Below are positions 33,108 to 44,398 of a stretch of DNA of 64,000 bases, one piece after another. A program made the translations under genes and the position numbers. Within the stretch, counting starts at the first letter, position 1. Each line of letters begins with the position of its first letter. This stretch comes from Escherichia coli (GTDB lineage: Bacteria; Pseudomonadota; Gammaproteobacteria; Enterobacterales; Enterobacteriaceae): NCBI RefSeq assembly GCF_048403405.1, contig NZ_CP183129.1. One strand, 5' to 3'. The notes beneath the pieces are model-generated. The model was not told the origin of the DNA and did no database searches. It saw nothing but the letters and a program-made list of their open reading frames with translations.

Positions 33108-33940
33108 GAACACACCTTTTATCTTTTATCGCTGTTCAGTATGAGTGATTACCTGTGGATTCCTGAGCACACATAAGGGGTAACCATAAACATCAGCGAT
33201 GCCATACGCATAACATCCCACATCACTATCAAAAAGATTATCTTTACCTCTGATGCTCGCTCAAAAACAGTTACGCTAAATACCTTAAAAAGGTAATCAC
33301 AAGTCAAACTCAGGAGATAATCACGCAAGAATGCAATATTAAAATTCAGATACTCATTTTTGGTAATAAAGAAGTAGTTGGACTATTTCAATATTTATAA
33401 TTTCCCACTACGTATTGACGCCCATTCATGAGTAAAGGCGCATTATATGAATTTAACAATCCAGATCAACTGAAAATACCTCAACCTCATAAACACATAG
33501 CGTCAACATTCAATGACATAATGAGTAAAGATGTTGGTTATGCATACACGTCATTACTCTATGCCTATCCCTTAACAACCTGCTTTTTAAGGCTGAATCC
33601 ATTCAGCAATAGATAACCAACATTATAACAATGACAATAAAAACAATATTTAAAACAATCAATAAAATATCAGACACAGACAATTAAACCTTAAACAACA
33701 AACAGTTACATTGATTTTAGTTGATTTGCGCTACGCGTTTCCCATGAATAAAGCGTCATTTCAAATTAGCACCAATATTTACATTAAATAAGACTAAGCT
33801 TATTGAACATTCACAACAGTCCAAGCGTAGGTTTTGGGCTTCAATAGTTCTTTTCTTTTTTATTATCTGTTGCCTGGCAATCATCAATCGATACTAAGGG
33901 CTTAACTGTACACAGATATAACGTATCAAGAGGTAAGAGA
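33108..33940. promoter_or_regulatory. Unusually long AT-rich intergenic region upstream of pdeL
   Basis: About 830 bp with no credible ORF, strongly AT-biased; typical of nucleoid-protein-bound regulatory DNA. Confidence 0.4.
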
Positions 33941-33970
33941 AACCGCGCCATATGCAGACATGGCGCGGTT
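33941..33970 (-). terminator. Rho-independent terminator of betT (bidirectional hairpin)
   Basis: Perfect 11 bp stem aaccgcgccat / atggcgcggtt, loop atgcagac, T-rich flank on the betT strand; 15 bp after betT stop. Confidence 0.7.
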
Positions 33971-33984
33971 TTATGCAATAACAA

Positions 33985-36018
33985 TCACGCGTCCGGGAAC
34001 ATCACGCTATGGCCCGGCGCTTCACGATGGAGATGGATAAAGTTAAGGTGTCGCTCGTACTGGTCGAGAATATCGGTGATCACCTGCTCTTTGCTGTAGT
34101 CCATCAGGTCGTTGCCCTGGCTGCCTTCTAACAGGAAGGTTTCCAGCCGGTAGTAGGTCGATTTCCCGCTACGTGCGCGGTAGGTAAAGCCCGGCACCGA
34201 ATATTGCTGCGGCCAAATCTGATAGACAAAGTTTTGCTCTTCGCCCATATGCACCAACAAATCCAGATGCCCCAACTGTTGCCCCTCTTCCGGCGGCAGG
34301 CTTTTTAGCTCCACGTACGCGCCGCGCAACCGCAGCTCCTGCGCCACTTCTTCCATTGCCGGGTAACAGACCGTCTCCATCATCTGTTTAGTGTAACGCG
34401 TGCCCGGATAATTCATCAGGCGCGAGAGACGTTTTTTCCAGCTCAGGCGATCCTGAAGCCCCAGCGGTCGCGGCGCGGTATCACGGTTGGCACTTTCACG
34501 GCGGTAATCTTCTACCTTCAGAGATTTATACAACCCCGCCATCACGAAGAAAATCACAAAGCTGAACGGCAGCCCCATGATTACCGTGGTGTTTTGCAGC
34601 GCGGATATCCCGTTGGTCATCAGCATGCCGAGCGTCAGCAGGCCAATCGCCACCGACCAGAAGACGCGCAGCCAGCCGGGGGCGTCGCTGTTGATATCTT
34701 TAAGCTGCGAGGTGAAATTCCCCAGCACCAGCGCCCCGGAGTCCGCCGAGGTCACATAAAACAGCAGGCCAGTAATGGTGGCGACGGAGGCGCTAAAGGT
34801 AAACGCCGGATACTGCGCCAGCAGGCTGTAGAAGCCGCGCTCCGGATGGACCATCGCTTCCTCGGCAAATGCCGCGCCGCCGTGGATGATTTCATACAGC
34901 GCGCTATTGCCGAACACCGAGAGCCATAACAGCGTGAAGGTAAACGGAATAATCAACGTGCCCAGCACGAACTGGCGAATGGTACGCCCGCGCGAGATAC
35001 GCGCCAGAAACAGGCCGACAAACGGCGACCATGCCACCCACCATGCCCAGAAGAAGAGCGTCCAGTTATTCATCCACTCAACCGGACGGTCGAAGGCAAA
35101 ACTGTTGAGCGTCATGCCCATAAAGCGATTCACATAGTCGCCAACGTTCAGCACCAGCGCATTAAGCAGGAACGAGGTGTCACCCATAAACAGCACGAAA
35201 AGGATCAATCCCAGCGCCAGCGCAACGTTAAGTTCCGATAACACACGAATGCCCTTATCGACACCGGAGGTGACAGAGATCGTGGCGATGATCACCGACA
35301 AGGCGATCAGTGCCGCTTTCGCCGCCATTGAATCGGGAATATCAAACAGTACGCTCAAGCCATAGTTAAGCTGCACCACACCGATACCGAGCGTAGTGGC
35401 AATACCGAAGATGGTGCCGATTACCGCTGCAATATCCACTGAATGACCAATCGGCCCGTTAATCCGTTTACCGAAGATCGGGTACAGCGCCGAGCGGATG
35501 GTGAGCGGCAAATTATAACGATAGCTAAAGTATCCGAGCGCCATGCCCATCAGCGCATACATCGACCAGCCGGTTAAGCCGTAGTGAAACAGCGTCCAGA
35601 CCATCGCCTGACGCGCGGCCTCAATCGTCTGACCCGCGCCTTCCGGCGGCTGCATATACTGCGTTACCGGTTCGGCTACGGAGAAGAACATCAGGTCGAT
35701 ACCGATCCCGGCAGCAAACAGCATCGCCGCCCAGCTCAGCAGGCTGAATTCCGGTTTGGATTGTTCTGGCCCGAGCTTCACCGAACCAAAACGCGAACAA
35801 GCAATACAGACCACAAAGACAATATAGAGCGTTGCCGCCAGCAGATAGTACCAACCGAAGGTTTTAGAAACCCAGTCCAGCGTGCGGCCAATCCACAGGG
35901 CCGAGAAGTCGCGAAACAGGATCGTTGTCAGGGAAAACAACAAAATCAGTCCGGCGGAAGTGTAAAACACCACCGGATTGATTTTGTCCTTTTCCCTGCT
36001 GTGTGAAAGGTCTGTCAT
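33985..36018 (-). CDS. betT: Choline transporter (BCCT family)
   Basis: 677 aa polytopic membrane protein, recognised BetT. Confidence 0.9.
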   Translation of the reverse strand: MTDLSHSREKDKINPVVFYTSAGLILLFSLTTILFRDFSALWIGRTLDWVSKTFGWYYLLAATLYIVFVVCIACSRFGSVKLGPEQSKPEFSLLSWAAMLFAAGIGIDLMFFSVAEPVTQYMQPPEGAGQTIEAARQAMVWTLFHYGLTGWSMYALMGMALGYFSYRYNLPLTIRSALYPIFGKRINGPIGHSVDIAAVIGTIFGIATTLGIGVVQLNYGLSVLFDIPDSMAAKAALIALSVIIATISVTSGVDKGIRVLSELNVALALGLILFVLFMGDTSFLLNALVLNVGDYVNRFMGMTLNSFAFDRPVEWMNNWTLFFWAWWVAWSPFVGLFLARISRGRTIRQFVLGTLIIPFTFTLLWLSVFGNSALYEIIHGGAAFAEEAMVHPERGFYSLLAQYPAFTFSASVATITGLLFYVTSADSGALVLGNFTSQLKDINSDAPGWLRVFWSVAIGLLTLGMLMTNGISALQNTTVIMGLPFSFVIFFVMAGLYKSLKVEDYRRESANRDTAPRPLGLQDRLSWKKRLSRLMNYPGTRYTKQMMETVCYPAMEEVAQELRLRGAYVELKSLPPEEGQQLGHLDLLVHMGEEQNFVYQIWPQQYSVPGFTYRARSGKSTYYRLETFLLEGSQGNDLMDYSKEQVITDILDQYERHLNFIHLHREAPGHSVMFPDA

Positions 36019-36146
36019 CCAGTATCCCCACTGTTATTGTTACCATTTAAAATCAAATTCGTAACAATTAAGACACATTTTATATTGAACGTCCAATCAA
36101 TAACCGCTTTAATAGATAAACAACGCTGATGAATGGAGTGGCGAAA
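36019..36146. promoter_or_regulatory. Divergent betT / betIBA promoter-operator region
   Basis: 128 bp between divergent genes; BetI operator is expected here from established knowledge, not mapped. Confidence 0.45.
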
Positions 36147-36734
36147 ATGCCCAAATTGGGGATGCAGTCGATCCGGCGCAGACAACTGATCGACGCCACG
36201 CTGGAAGCAATAAATGAAGTGGGCATGCACGATGCAACGATCGCGCAGATCGCCCGCCGTGCAGGCGTTTCTACGGGGATCATCAGCCACTATTTCAGGG
36301 ACAAAAATGGTCTGTTGGAAGCAACCATGCGCGATATCACCAGTCAGCTGCGTGACGCGGTTTTGAATCGATTACATGCACTTCCGCAGGGCAGTGCAGA
36401 GCAGCGATTACAGGCGATTGTTGACGGGAATTTCGATGAATCGCAGGTCAGTAATGCTGCGATGAAAGCCTGGTTGGCGTTTTGGGCCAGCAGTATGCAT
36501 CAGCCGATGCTTTACCGTTTGCAGCAGGTGAGCAGCCGCCGCTTGTTGTCGAATCTGGTGAGCGAATTTCACCGCGAGTTACCGCGCCAACAGGCACAGG
36601 AAGCGGGCTACGGCCTTGCCGCGCTGATTGACGGATTATGGCTGCGCGCGGCACTGAGCGGCAAACCGCTGGATAAACCTCTCGCACACTCGCTGACCCG
36701 TCACTTTATTACTCAGCATTTACCCACCGATTAA
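36147..36734 (+). CDS. betI: TetR-family repressor of the bet regulon
   Basis: ORF track 36129..36734; second ATG gives [26 protein letters not shown]..., 195 aa. Confidence 0.9.
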   Translation: MPKLGMQSIRRRQLIDATLEAINEVGMHDATIAQIARRAGVSTGIISHYFRDKNGLLEATMRDITSQLRDAVLNRLHALPQGSAEQRLQAIVDGNFDESQVSNAAMKAWLAFWASSMHQPMLYRLQQVSSRRLLSNLVSEFHRELPRQQAQEAGYGLAALIDGLWLRAALSGKPLDKPLAHSLTRHFITQHLPTD

Positions 36735-36747
36735 CCGAGGAGACGTG

Positions 36748-38220
36748 ATGTCCCGAATGGCAGAACAGCAGCTTTATATACATGGTGGTTATACCTCCGC
36801 CACCAGCGGTCGCACCTTCGAGACCATTAACCCGGCCAACGGTAACGTGCTGGCGACCGTGCAGGCCGCCGGGCGTGAGGATGTCGATCGCGCCGTGAAG
36901 AGTGCCCAACAGGGGCAAAAAATCTGGGCGGCGATGACCGCTATGGAACGCTCGCGTATTCTGCATCGAGCCGTTGATATTCTGCGTGAACGCAATGACG
37001 AACTCGCAAAACTGGAAACCCTCGACACCGGAAAAGCGTATTCGGAAACCTCAACCGTCGATATCGTTACCGGCGCGGACGTGCTCGAGTACTACGCCGG
37101 GCTGATCCCGTCGCTGGAAGGCAGCCAGATCCCATTGCGTGAGACGTCATTTGTCTATACCCGCCGCGAACCGCTGGGCGTAGTGGCAGGGGTTGGCGCA
37201 TGGAACTACCCGATCCAGATTGCCCTGTGGAAATCCGCCCCGGCGCTGGCGGCAGGCAATGCAATGATGTTCAAACCGAGTGAAGTCACCCCGCTTACCG
37301 CGTTAAAGCTGGCTGAAATTTACAGCGAAGCGGGCCTGCCGGACGGCGTATTTAACGTGCTGCCGGGCGTAGGTGCGGAAACCGGGCAGTATCTGACCGA
37401 GCATCCGGGCATTGCCAAAGTGTCATTTACCGGCGGTGTCGCCAGCGGCAAAAAAGTGATGGCTAACTCGGCGGCTTCCTCCCTGAAAGAAGTGACCATG
37501 GAGCTGGGCGGTAAATCACCGCTGATCGTTTTCGACGATGCGGATCTCGATCTCGCCGCTGATATCGCCATGATGGCGAACTTCTTCAGCTCCGGTCAGG
37601 TGTGTACCAACGGCACCCGCGTGTTTATTCCGGCGAAATGCAAAGCCGCATTTGAACAAAAGATTCTGGCTCGCGTTGAGCGCATTCGCGCGGGCGACGT
37701 TTTCGATCCGCAAACTAACTTTGGCCCGCTGGTCAGCTTCCCGCATCGCGATAACGTGCTGCGTTACATCGCCAAAGGCAAAGAGGAAGGCGCGCGCGTA
37801 CTGTGCGGCGGCGATGTACTGAAAGGCGATGGCTTCGATAACGGCGCATGGGTTGCACCGACCGTGTTCACCGATTGCCGCGACGAAATGACCATCGTGC
37901 GCGAAGAGATCTTCGGTCCGGTGATGTCGCTTCTCACTTATGAATCTGAGGACGAAGTGATTCGCCGCGCCAATGATACCGACTACGGCCTGGCGGCGGG
38001 CATCGTGACGGCGGACCTGAACCGCGCGCATCGCGTCATTCATCAGCTGGAAGCGGGTATTTGCTGGATCAACACCTGGGGCGAATCCCCTGCTGAGATG
38101 CCCGTTGGCGGCTACAAACACTCCGGCATTGGTCGCGAGAACGGCGTGATGACGCTCCAGAGTTACACCCAGGTGAAGTCCATCCAGGTTGAGATGGCTA
38201 AATTCCAGTCCATATTCTAA
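36748..38220 (+). CDS. betB: Betaine aldehyde dehydrogenase
   Basis: 490 aa from ATG 36748 (SD gaggag 6 nt upstream); aldehyde dehydrogenase family. Confidence 0.9.
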   Translation: MSRMAEQQLYIHGGYTSATSGRTFETINPANGNVLATVQAAGREDVDRAVKSAQQGQKIWAAMTAMERSRILHRAVDILRERNDELAKLETLDTGKAYSETSTVDIVTGADVLEYYAGLIPSLEGSQIPLRETSFVYTRREPLGVVAGVGAWNYPIQIALWKSAPALAAGNAMMFKPSEVTPLTALKLAEIYSEAGLPDGVFNVLPGVGAETGQYLTEHPGIAKVSFTGGVASGKKVMANSAASSLKEVTMELGGKSPLIVFDDADLDLAADIAMMANFFSSGQVCTNGTRVFIPAKCKAAFEQKILARVERIRAGDVFDPQTNFGPLVSFPHRDNVLRYIAKGKEEGARVLCGGDVLKGDGFDNGAWVAPTVFTDCRDEMTIVREEIFGPVMSLLTYESEDEVIRRANDTDYGLAAGIVTADLNRAHRVIHQLEAGICWINTWGESPAEMPVGGYKHSGIGRENGVMTLQSYTQVKSIQVEMAKFQSIF

Positions 38221-38233
38221 CCAGGAGGTTTAT

Positions 38234-39922
38234 TTGCAATTTGACTACATCATTATTGGTGCCGGCTCAGCCGGCAACGTTCTCGCTACCCGTCTGACTG
38301 AAGATCCGAACACAACCGTGCTGCTGCTTGAAGCAGGCGGCCCGGACTATCGCTTTGACTTCCGCACCCAGATGCCCGCCGCGCTGGCGTTCCCGTTACA
38401 GGGTAAACGCTATAACTGGGCCTATGAGACGGAACCGGAACCGTTTATGAACAACCGTCGCATGGAGTGCGGACGCGGTAAGGGGCTTGGCGGGTCATCA
38501 CTGATCAACGGCATGTGTTACATCCGTGGTAACGCGCTGGATCTCGACAACTGGGCGCAAGAACCTGGCCTGGAGAACTGGAGTTATCTCGACTGCCTGC
38601 CCTACTACCGCAAGGCCGAGACTCGCGACGTGGGCGAGAACGACTACCACGGCGGTGATGGCCCGGTGAGCGTCACCACCTCCAAACCCGGCGTCAATCC
38701 GCTGTTTGAAGCGATGATTGAAGCGGGCGTGCAGGCGGGCTACCCGCGCACGGACGATCTCAACGGCTATCAGCAGGAAGGTTTTGGCCCGATGGATCGC
38801 ACCGTCACGCCGCATGGCCGTCGCGCCAGCACCGCGCGTGGCTATCTCGATCAGGCCAAATCGCGCCCTAACCTGACCATTCGAACTCACGCCATGACCG
38901 ATCACATCATTTTTGACGGCAAACGCGCGGTGGGCGTCGAGTGGCTGGAAGGCGACAGCACCATTCCGACCCGCGCGGCGGCGAATAAAGAGGTGCTGTT
39001 ATGTGCAGGCGCGATTGCCTCACCGCAGATCCTGCAACGTTCCGGCGTGGGTAGCGCTGAACTGCTGGCGGAGTTTGATATTCCGCTAGTGCATGATTTA
39101 CCCGGCGTCGGCGAAAATCTTCAGGATCACCTGGAGATGTATCTGCAATATGAGTGCAAAGAACCGGTTTCCCTCTACCCTGCCCTGCAGTGGTGGAATC
39201 AGCCGAAAATCGGTGCGGAGTGGCTGTTTGGCGGCACCGGCGTTGGTGCCAGCAACCACTTTGAAGCAGGCGGATTTATTCGCAGCCGTGAGGAATTTAC
39301 GTGGCCGAATATTCAGTACCATTTCCTGCCAGTGGCGATTAACTATAACGGCTCGAACGCAGTGAAAGAGCACGGCTTCCAGTGCCACGTCGGATCGATG
39401 CGCTCGCCAAGCCGTGGGCATGTGCGGATTAAATCCCGCGACCCGCACCAGCATCCGGGAATTCTGTTTAACTACATGTCGCACGAGCAGGACTGGCAGG
39501 AGTTCCGCGACGCAATTCGCATCACCCGGGAGATCATGCATCAACCGGCGCTGGATCAGTATCGTGGCCGCGAAATCAGCCCCGGTGTCGAATGCCAGAC
39601 GGATGAGCAGCTCGATGAGTTCGTGCGTAACCACGCCGAAACCGCCTTCCACCCGTGCGGTACCTGCAAAATGGGTTATGACGAGATGGCAGTGGTTGAC
39701 GCCGAAGGCCGCGTACACGGGCTGGAAGGCCTGCGCGTGGTGGATGCGTCAATTATGCCGCAGATTATCACCGGCAATTTGAACGCCACGACGATTATGA
39801 TTGGCGAGAAAATGGCGGATATGATTCGCGGGAAGGATGCGTTGCCGAGGAGCACGGCGGGATATTATGTGGCAAATGGGATGCCGGTGAGAGCGAAAAA
39901 AATGAGTCGTGATTTGAACTGA
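38234..39922 (+). CDS. betA: Choline dehydrogenase (GMC oxidoreductase)
   Basis: ORF track 38189..39922; TTG at 38234 with SD aggagg gives [15 protein letters not shown] (FAD-binding GxGxxG); C-terminus appears 6 aa longer than I recall for K-12. Confidence 0.85.
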   Translation: MQFDYIIIGAGSAGNVLATRLTEDPNTTVLLLEAGGPDYRFDFRTQMPAALAFPLQGKRYNWAYETEPEPFMNNRRMECGRGKGLGGSSLINGMCYIRGNALDLDNWAQEPGLENWSYLDCLPYYRKAETRDVGENDYHGGDGPVSVTTSKPGVNPLFEAMIEAGVQAGYPRTDDLNGYQQEGFGPMDRTVTPHGRRASTARGYLDQAKSRPNLTIRTHAMTDHIIFDGKRAVGVEWLEGDSTIPTRAAANKEVLLCAGAIASPQILQRSGVGSAELLAEFDIPLVHDLPGVGENLQDHLEMYLQYECKEPVSLYPALQWWNQPKIGAEWLFGGTGVGASNHFEAGGFIRSREEFTWPNIQYHFLPVAINYNGSNAVKEHGFQCHVGSMRSPSRGHVRIKSRDPHQHPGILFNYMSHEQDWQEFRDAIRITREIMHQPALDQYRGREISPGVECQTDEQLDEFVRNHAETAFHPCGTCKMGYDEMAVVDAEGRVHGLEGLRVVDASIMPQIITGNLNATTIMIGEKMADMIRGKDALPRSTAGYYVANGMPVRAKKMSRDLN

Positions 39923-40115
39923 CTCAGGAACCTATCAGATTGAGAGTTACCGTTCTACTATGAGGACCGAATCCTTATATAAAACACTGAGGTAACTCTC
40001 ATGCTTCATATCCAGTATTCATGATGCTGGTTTTTTGCTGATATTTAACCCGAACACTCCTGATACAGCCTATTAATTCATTTATCTGCGGCAGATTTTA
40101 TTTTCTGGATATATT

Positions 40116-40784
40116 ATGAGTGAACAAATCAAACAGGATATCGATCTGATTGAGATTTTATTTTATCTGAAGAAAAAGATTCGTATTATCCTTTTTATTA
40201 TAACTATCTGTATGGCAATGGTGCTGTTGTTTCTGTATATCAATAAAGATAATATAAAAGTGAGTTACAGCCTAAAAATAAACCAGACAACACCAGGCAT
40301 ACTTGTTAGCTGTGATAGCAATAATAACTTTGCCTGTCAGACCACAATGACTGAAGATGTTATTCAGCGAATTACTACATTTTTTCAGACCAGCCCAGAT
40401 GTCAAGAACAGAGAAATAAAGCTGGAATGGTCAGGAGATAAGAGAGATTTACCAACTGCTGAAGCGGAAATATCTCGCGTGCAGGCGTCTATTATCAAAT
40501 GGTATGCGTCAGAATATCATAATGGCAGGCAAGTTCTCGATGAGATACAAACACCTTCAGCAATTAACAGTGAGCTTTATACAAAAATGATATACCTGAC
40601 CAGGAACTGGTCATTGTATCCGAACGGTGATGGCTGTGTAACTATAAGCTCACCAGAAATAAAAAATAAATACCCTGATGCCATTTGCCTGGCTCTGGGA
40701 TTTTTTATAAGCATTGTAATTTCTGTAATGTTTTGCCTTGTCAAAAAAATGGTAGATGGATACCAACAAAACTCTGGGCAGTAA
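40116..40784 (+). CDS. ykgH: Uncharacterized membrane protein
   Basis: 222 aa, AT-rich codon usage, N-terminal and C-terminal hydrophobic segments. Confidence 0.7.
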   Translation: MSEQIKQDIDLIEILFYLKKKIRIILFIITICMAMVLLFLYINKDNIKVSYSLKINQTTPGILVSCDSNNNFACQTTMTEDVIQRITTFFQTSPDVKNREIKLEWSGDKRDLPTAEAEISRVQASIIKWYASEYHNGRQVLDEIQTPSAINSELYTKMIYLTRNWSLYPNGDGCVTISSPEIKNKYPDAICLALGFFISIVISVMFCLVKKMVDGYQQNSGQ

Positions 40785-41026
40785 TAAACAGCATTCTGAC
40801 AGAGAGTGCCTGTATAAAACTATAGTAACAATGACCGGGAAGGGAGCCCGTCTTCAGGAATGGATTCCTGTCTTTTTCACTGTAAATATCCTGGCATTAT
40901 TAATGTCAGGATATTTACAGAAGAGCAGCATAACCATGACGGAACGGGGTTAAGTCAGGTTGTCCTTAACGCTATTCACAACCTCGTATGCCGCCTTCAG
41001 GTTTATGTCCAGACTTCATATCTCTC

Positions 41027-41722
41027 TCAGCAATCCTCAATAATCAGATACACCGCTTTCACCGGGCCATGAACCCCGACGACTTTGATAAGCTCAATAT
41101 CCGCCGTTGAACTAGGGCCGCTAATGATGTTAATGCAGGACGGCATTCGTTCACCGGCCTGCGCTTTCTGATGCAATTTTTCTGCGAGTTGCGCTACACG
41201 CGGCAGGATAGTGCTTTTACGCAGGATAAAAAGAGAAGATTCCGGGAGCAGGCTCAATGAACGCCCGCGCCCGGCGGCGGAAAAAAGAACCACGCCTCCC
41301 GATTCGGTTAAACCATATTCAGCATACACTACGCCAACTTTAGCCTGCTCTGCCTGCGAGATATTCTCGGCACCTTTCGCCGGATCCCAAACAACGGCAT
41401 TGCATTCCTGCTGCAAACGTTCGCTAATCCCCAATTCCTCCAGCCTCGTGTCACCGCTAATCACGATCGACTGATCTCCCAGCTCTTTACACAGACGTAT
41501 TGCAGCTTCTGCGGCCTGCGCCTCGCTGGTCAGTTCACAGCGCGTCAACATAACATCGCTGGCAAACTGGATAAACGCGTCACAACGCTGCTGTTGGTTA
41601 AGTTGGGTAAGCCGCTCGTTAGCATAGTTGTTAAGCGGCGCATCTTCTGCTTGCGGTTCAAGTCGCAGCGGGCGACCCAGTGCCTGAGCAACGTTATTCA
41701 AAAATTCGCTCCGATTATCCAT
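41027..41722 (-). CDS. ykgG: LutC-like lactate utilization protein
   Basis: ORF track 41027..41875; internal ATG at 41720-41722 gives MDNRSEFLNNVAQALGR..., 231 aa; 8 nt overlap with ykgF. Confidence 0.8.
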   Translation of the reverse strand: MDNRSEFLNNVAQALGRPLRLEPQAEDAPLNNYANERLTQLNQQQRCDAFIQFASDVMLTRCELTSEAQAAEAAIRLCKELGDQSIVISGDTRLEELGISERLQQECNAVVWDPAKGAENISQAEQAKVGVVYAEYGLTESGGVVLFSAAGRGRSLSLLPESSLFILRKSTILPRVAQLAEKLHQKAQAGERMPSCINIISGPSSTADIELIKVVGVHGPVKAVYLIIEDC

Positions 41723-43142
41723 TCTTTTTCTCCTGCGCCTGATGTTTCTTAAACCAACTACGGAAACTCTCTCCGTCAGCTTCAGGAAGATCGCGTGCTT
41801 CCATCCAGTCGCTAATCGCGCCAAATTTGAGTGGTGTTTTGCCGCCATTGATAAACCAGCTTGCCGCATGAGCACCGGCCATCATCCCGACTTTCCACAA
41901 TCCTGGATGACTATTGGCATAAGCGAACATTTTTATCGCCCGTTGCTCTGCTTTTGCGGTGATCCCTTTTTCAGCCATCACCCGACGATGACGCAAAATC
42001 AGTTTTGACAGCGGAATACGCACCGGACACACGCTGTCACAAGCAGTGCATAAAGAGCAGGCGTAGGGTAAATCTTTAAAATCTTTATAGCCGCCAAGTA
42101 GCGGAGAAATCACCGCACCAATTGGCCCTGGATAAATAGAGCCATATCCATGACCGCCAATATGGCGATATGCCGGACAAGTATTCATACAAGCCCCGCA
42201 GCGAATACAGCGCAGCACATCCCGAAATTCAGAGGCCAGCACCTCAGAACGCCCGTTATCGACAATAACCAGATGAAACTCTTCAGGACCATCAACGTGC
42301 CCCGCTTCGCGCGGTCCTGTCAGCCAGGTGTTGTATCCCGTCAAACGTGCACCAACGGCACTGCGCGCCAGCATGGTGATCAATACATCTACCTCGGCAA
42401 ACGTGGGGGCAATACGCTCCATTCCCATCACTGCAATATGCGTTTTAGGCAGCGTGGTACACATTCGCGCATTACCTTCATTGGTCACCAGGCATACCGA
42501 ACCGGTCTCTGCCACCGCGAAATTACAGCCGGTAATACCTATTTCAGCACTGAGGAAATCTTCGCGGATTTTTTGCCGGATGAATAAGGTCATTGCTTCA
42601 GGCGTTTCCGACCCCTCATAGCCCAGACGTTCGTGTAGCACCCGACGGATCTGATGGCGATCTTTATGAATTGCCGGGACCACAACATGAGAGGGCGGAT
42701 CTTGATCCAGCTGGAGAATGTATTCACCCAGATCGGTTTCAATCACCTGAATGCCAGCATCCTGCAACACATGATTGACACCAATCTCTTCGGTCACCAT
42801 CGATTTAGATTTCACCACCTTCCGGGCATTTTTGCGTTGGGCAACCTGTAAAATGTAGCGAGTGGCGTCTTCTTTAGTTTTTGCAAAATAGACGTGACCG
42901 CCGTTTTGCGTCACTTTTTCTGAGAGCTGGTACAGATAAGCGTCGAGATTACTCAGAACATGATCACGTATCTGGGCGGCCCGATCGCGCCACTCCTCCC
43001 AGTGCCCCAATTCATCGACCATTTTTTGCCGATTTGCCCCGATACGCTGCTGCGCGTTTGCCACCGCTTTGCGCATGATCGGATCTTCAATTTGCTGACG
43101 GATGCGTGTCTTAAAATCTGTATTACTGGTTTTGATCGACAT
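41715..43142 (-). CDS. ykgF: LutB-like iron-sulfur oxidoreductase
   Basis: 475 aa with 4Fe-4S ferredoxin cysteine clusters (CIRCGACMNTCP, CSLCTACDSVCP). Confidence 0.85.
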   Translation of the reverse strand: MSIKTSNTDFKTRIRQQIEDPIMRKAVANAQQRIGANRQKMVDELGHWEEWRDRAAQIRDHVLSNLDAYLYQLSEKVTQNGGHVYFAKTKEDATRYILQVAQRKNARKVVKSKSMVTEEIGVNHVLQDAGIQVIETDLGEYILQLDQDPPSHVVVPAIHKDRHQIRRVLHERLGYEGSETPEAMTLFIRQKIREDFLSAEIGITGCNFAVAETGSVCLVTNEGNARMCTTLPKTHIAVMGMERIAPTFAEVDVLITMLARSAVGARLTGYNTWLTGPREAGHVDGPEEFHLVIVDNGRSEVLASEFRDVLRCIRCGACMNTCPAYRHIGGHGYGSIYPGPIGAVISPLLGGYKDFKDLPYACSLCTACDSVCPVRIPLSKLILRHRRVMAEKGITAKAEQRAIKMFAYANSHPGLWKVGMMAGAHAASWFINGGKTPLKFGAISDWMEARDLPEADGESFRSWFKKHQAQEKKNG

Positions 43143-43152
43143 CTTTATATCC

Positions 43153-43872
43153 TCAGCGGCTCATCAGCACTTCAGCAATATGCATTACTTTGACTTTCTG
43201 CCCTTCCCGTTGTAATCGCCCACTGATGTTCAGCAGGCAACTCACGTCAGCACCAATTAAATACTCAGGGCGGACTTCCATCAGGTGCGCAACCTTTTCT
43301 TTCACCATCTCGCCGGATATTTCGGCCATTTTGACCGAGAACGTGCCGCCAAATCCGCAGCAGGTATCCTGTTCAGCAAAGGTCAACAGCTCCAGTCCAC
43401 GCACATTTTTCAGCAGCATAAGTGGCTCGTCCTTCACCCCCAGCTTACGGGCCAGGCTACAAGATGGGTGATACACCGCTCTCCCTTGCAAACTGGCACC
43501 TACATCGACTACCCCTAATGTATTAACAATAAAAGAGGTGAGATCCTGCATACGCGCGGCAACCTTTTCGGCTCGTGATGCCCATTCAGGCTCATCCGCC
43601 AGATACGTTGGGTAACTTTTTACGGCATAGGTACAGGAGCCAGCCGGTGAAATAATGGGATCGTCGTTATCCTCCAGTGCGGCGATCAGATTTTTCATCC
43701 CTGGAATCGCTTCTTTGATATAACCACTATTGATCGCAGGCTGACCGCAGCATCCCTGTTTCTCCGGGAAATTTACGCGACAGCCGAGTTTTTCCAGTAG
43801 CAGCACGGAGTCTCGTGCCATTCTTGATTTCAGGGCGTCACCAATACAGGTGACAAAGAAATTGACATTCAC
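43153..43872 (-). CDS. ykgE: LutA-like cysteine-rich (CCG-domain) oxidoreductase subunit
   Basis: 239 aa, Cys-rich, first gene of ykgEFG. Confidence 0.85.
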   Translation of the reverse strand: MNVNFFVTCIGDALKSRMARDSVLLLEKLGCRVNFPEKQGCCGQPAINSGYIKEAIPGMKNLIAALEDNDDPIISPAGSCTYAVKSYPTYLADEPEWASRAEKVAARMQDLTSFIVNTLGVVDVGASLQGRAVYHPSCSLARKLGVKDEPLMLLKNVRGLELLTFAEQDTCCGFGGTFSVKMAEISGEMVKEKVAHLMEVRPEYLIGADVSCLLNISGRLQREGQKVKVMHIAEVLMSR

Positions 43873-44398
43873 AACTAATACTCCATTACTTCATGCCCAT
43901 TTATGCCCGATGGTTCCCCCCTTCCGGGGGATCAATCATCAATAAATATGGCGTTCTTTTTTAATTGGCTAGCAACATACCACCCCTCATTTGTATGACA
44001 AATGATAATCTTTCATCCAAACTTCAAATGCAATAACTAATTTTATTTCTTTCGGCATCGCTCACATTTTATGGGGAAATCGACGTTCATTTTTGGCATA
44101 AGAAATCCATTTAAAAATGGCTACATCCCTTATACCTATTCAGAGCTACTTATTCAGGGGTTATTGAGATATACACTGATGGTGTACAAAAAATCACCAA
44201 CAATAATCACGTATCAAGTAATAGTCGGCATTTTATTTAATTGAAGCAATTTAGTTTGCATTTTTATTTAAAAACTGAGCTAGAGTCCATCAGAAAAAAA
44301 TATATAAAGCCCAAACCACCGTTGGAAATAGAAATAGTTGAAAGGCTCACAACTCCCGGAATGCGGATTATCTTTGACCTGATTTCTGGCGGTTTTAT

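Noticed and set aside
33428-33616. 62 aa ORF in the pdeL upstream region
   Set aside because: No convincing Shine-Dalgarno and low-complexity AT-rich codons; retained only as something ribosome profiling could test.
38234-39922. BetA C-terminus apparently 6 residues longer (...[11 protein letters not shown]) than the K-12 protein as I remember it
   Set aside because: Depends entirely on my recollection of the K-12 sequence length; probably ordinary strain variation and not checkable without the reference.
41723-41875. N-terminal extension of the ykgG ORF overlapping ykgF by 160 nt
   Set aside because: Starting at the internal ATG gives the expected 231 aa protein with an 8 nt overlap typical of coupled genes; the longer form is unlikely.
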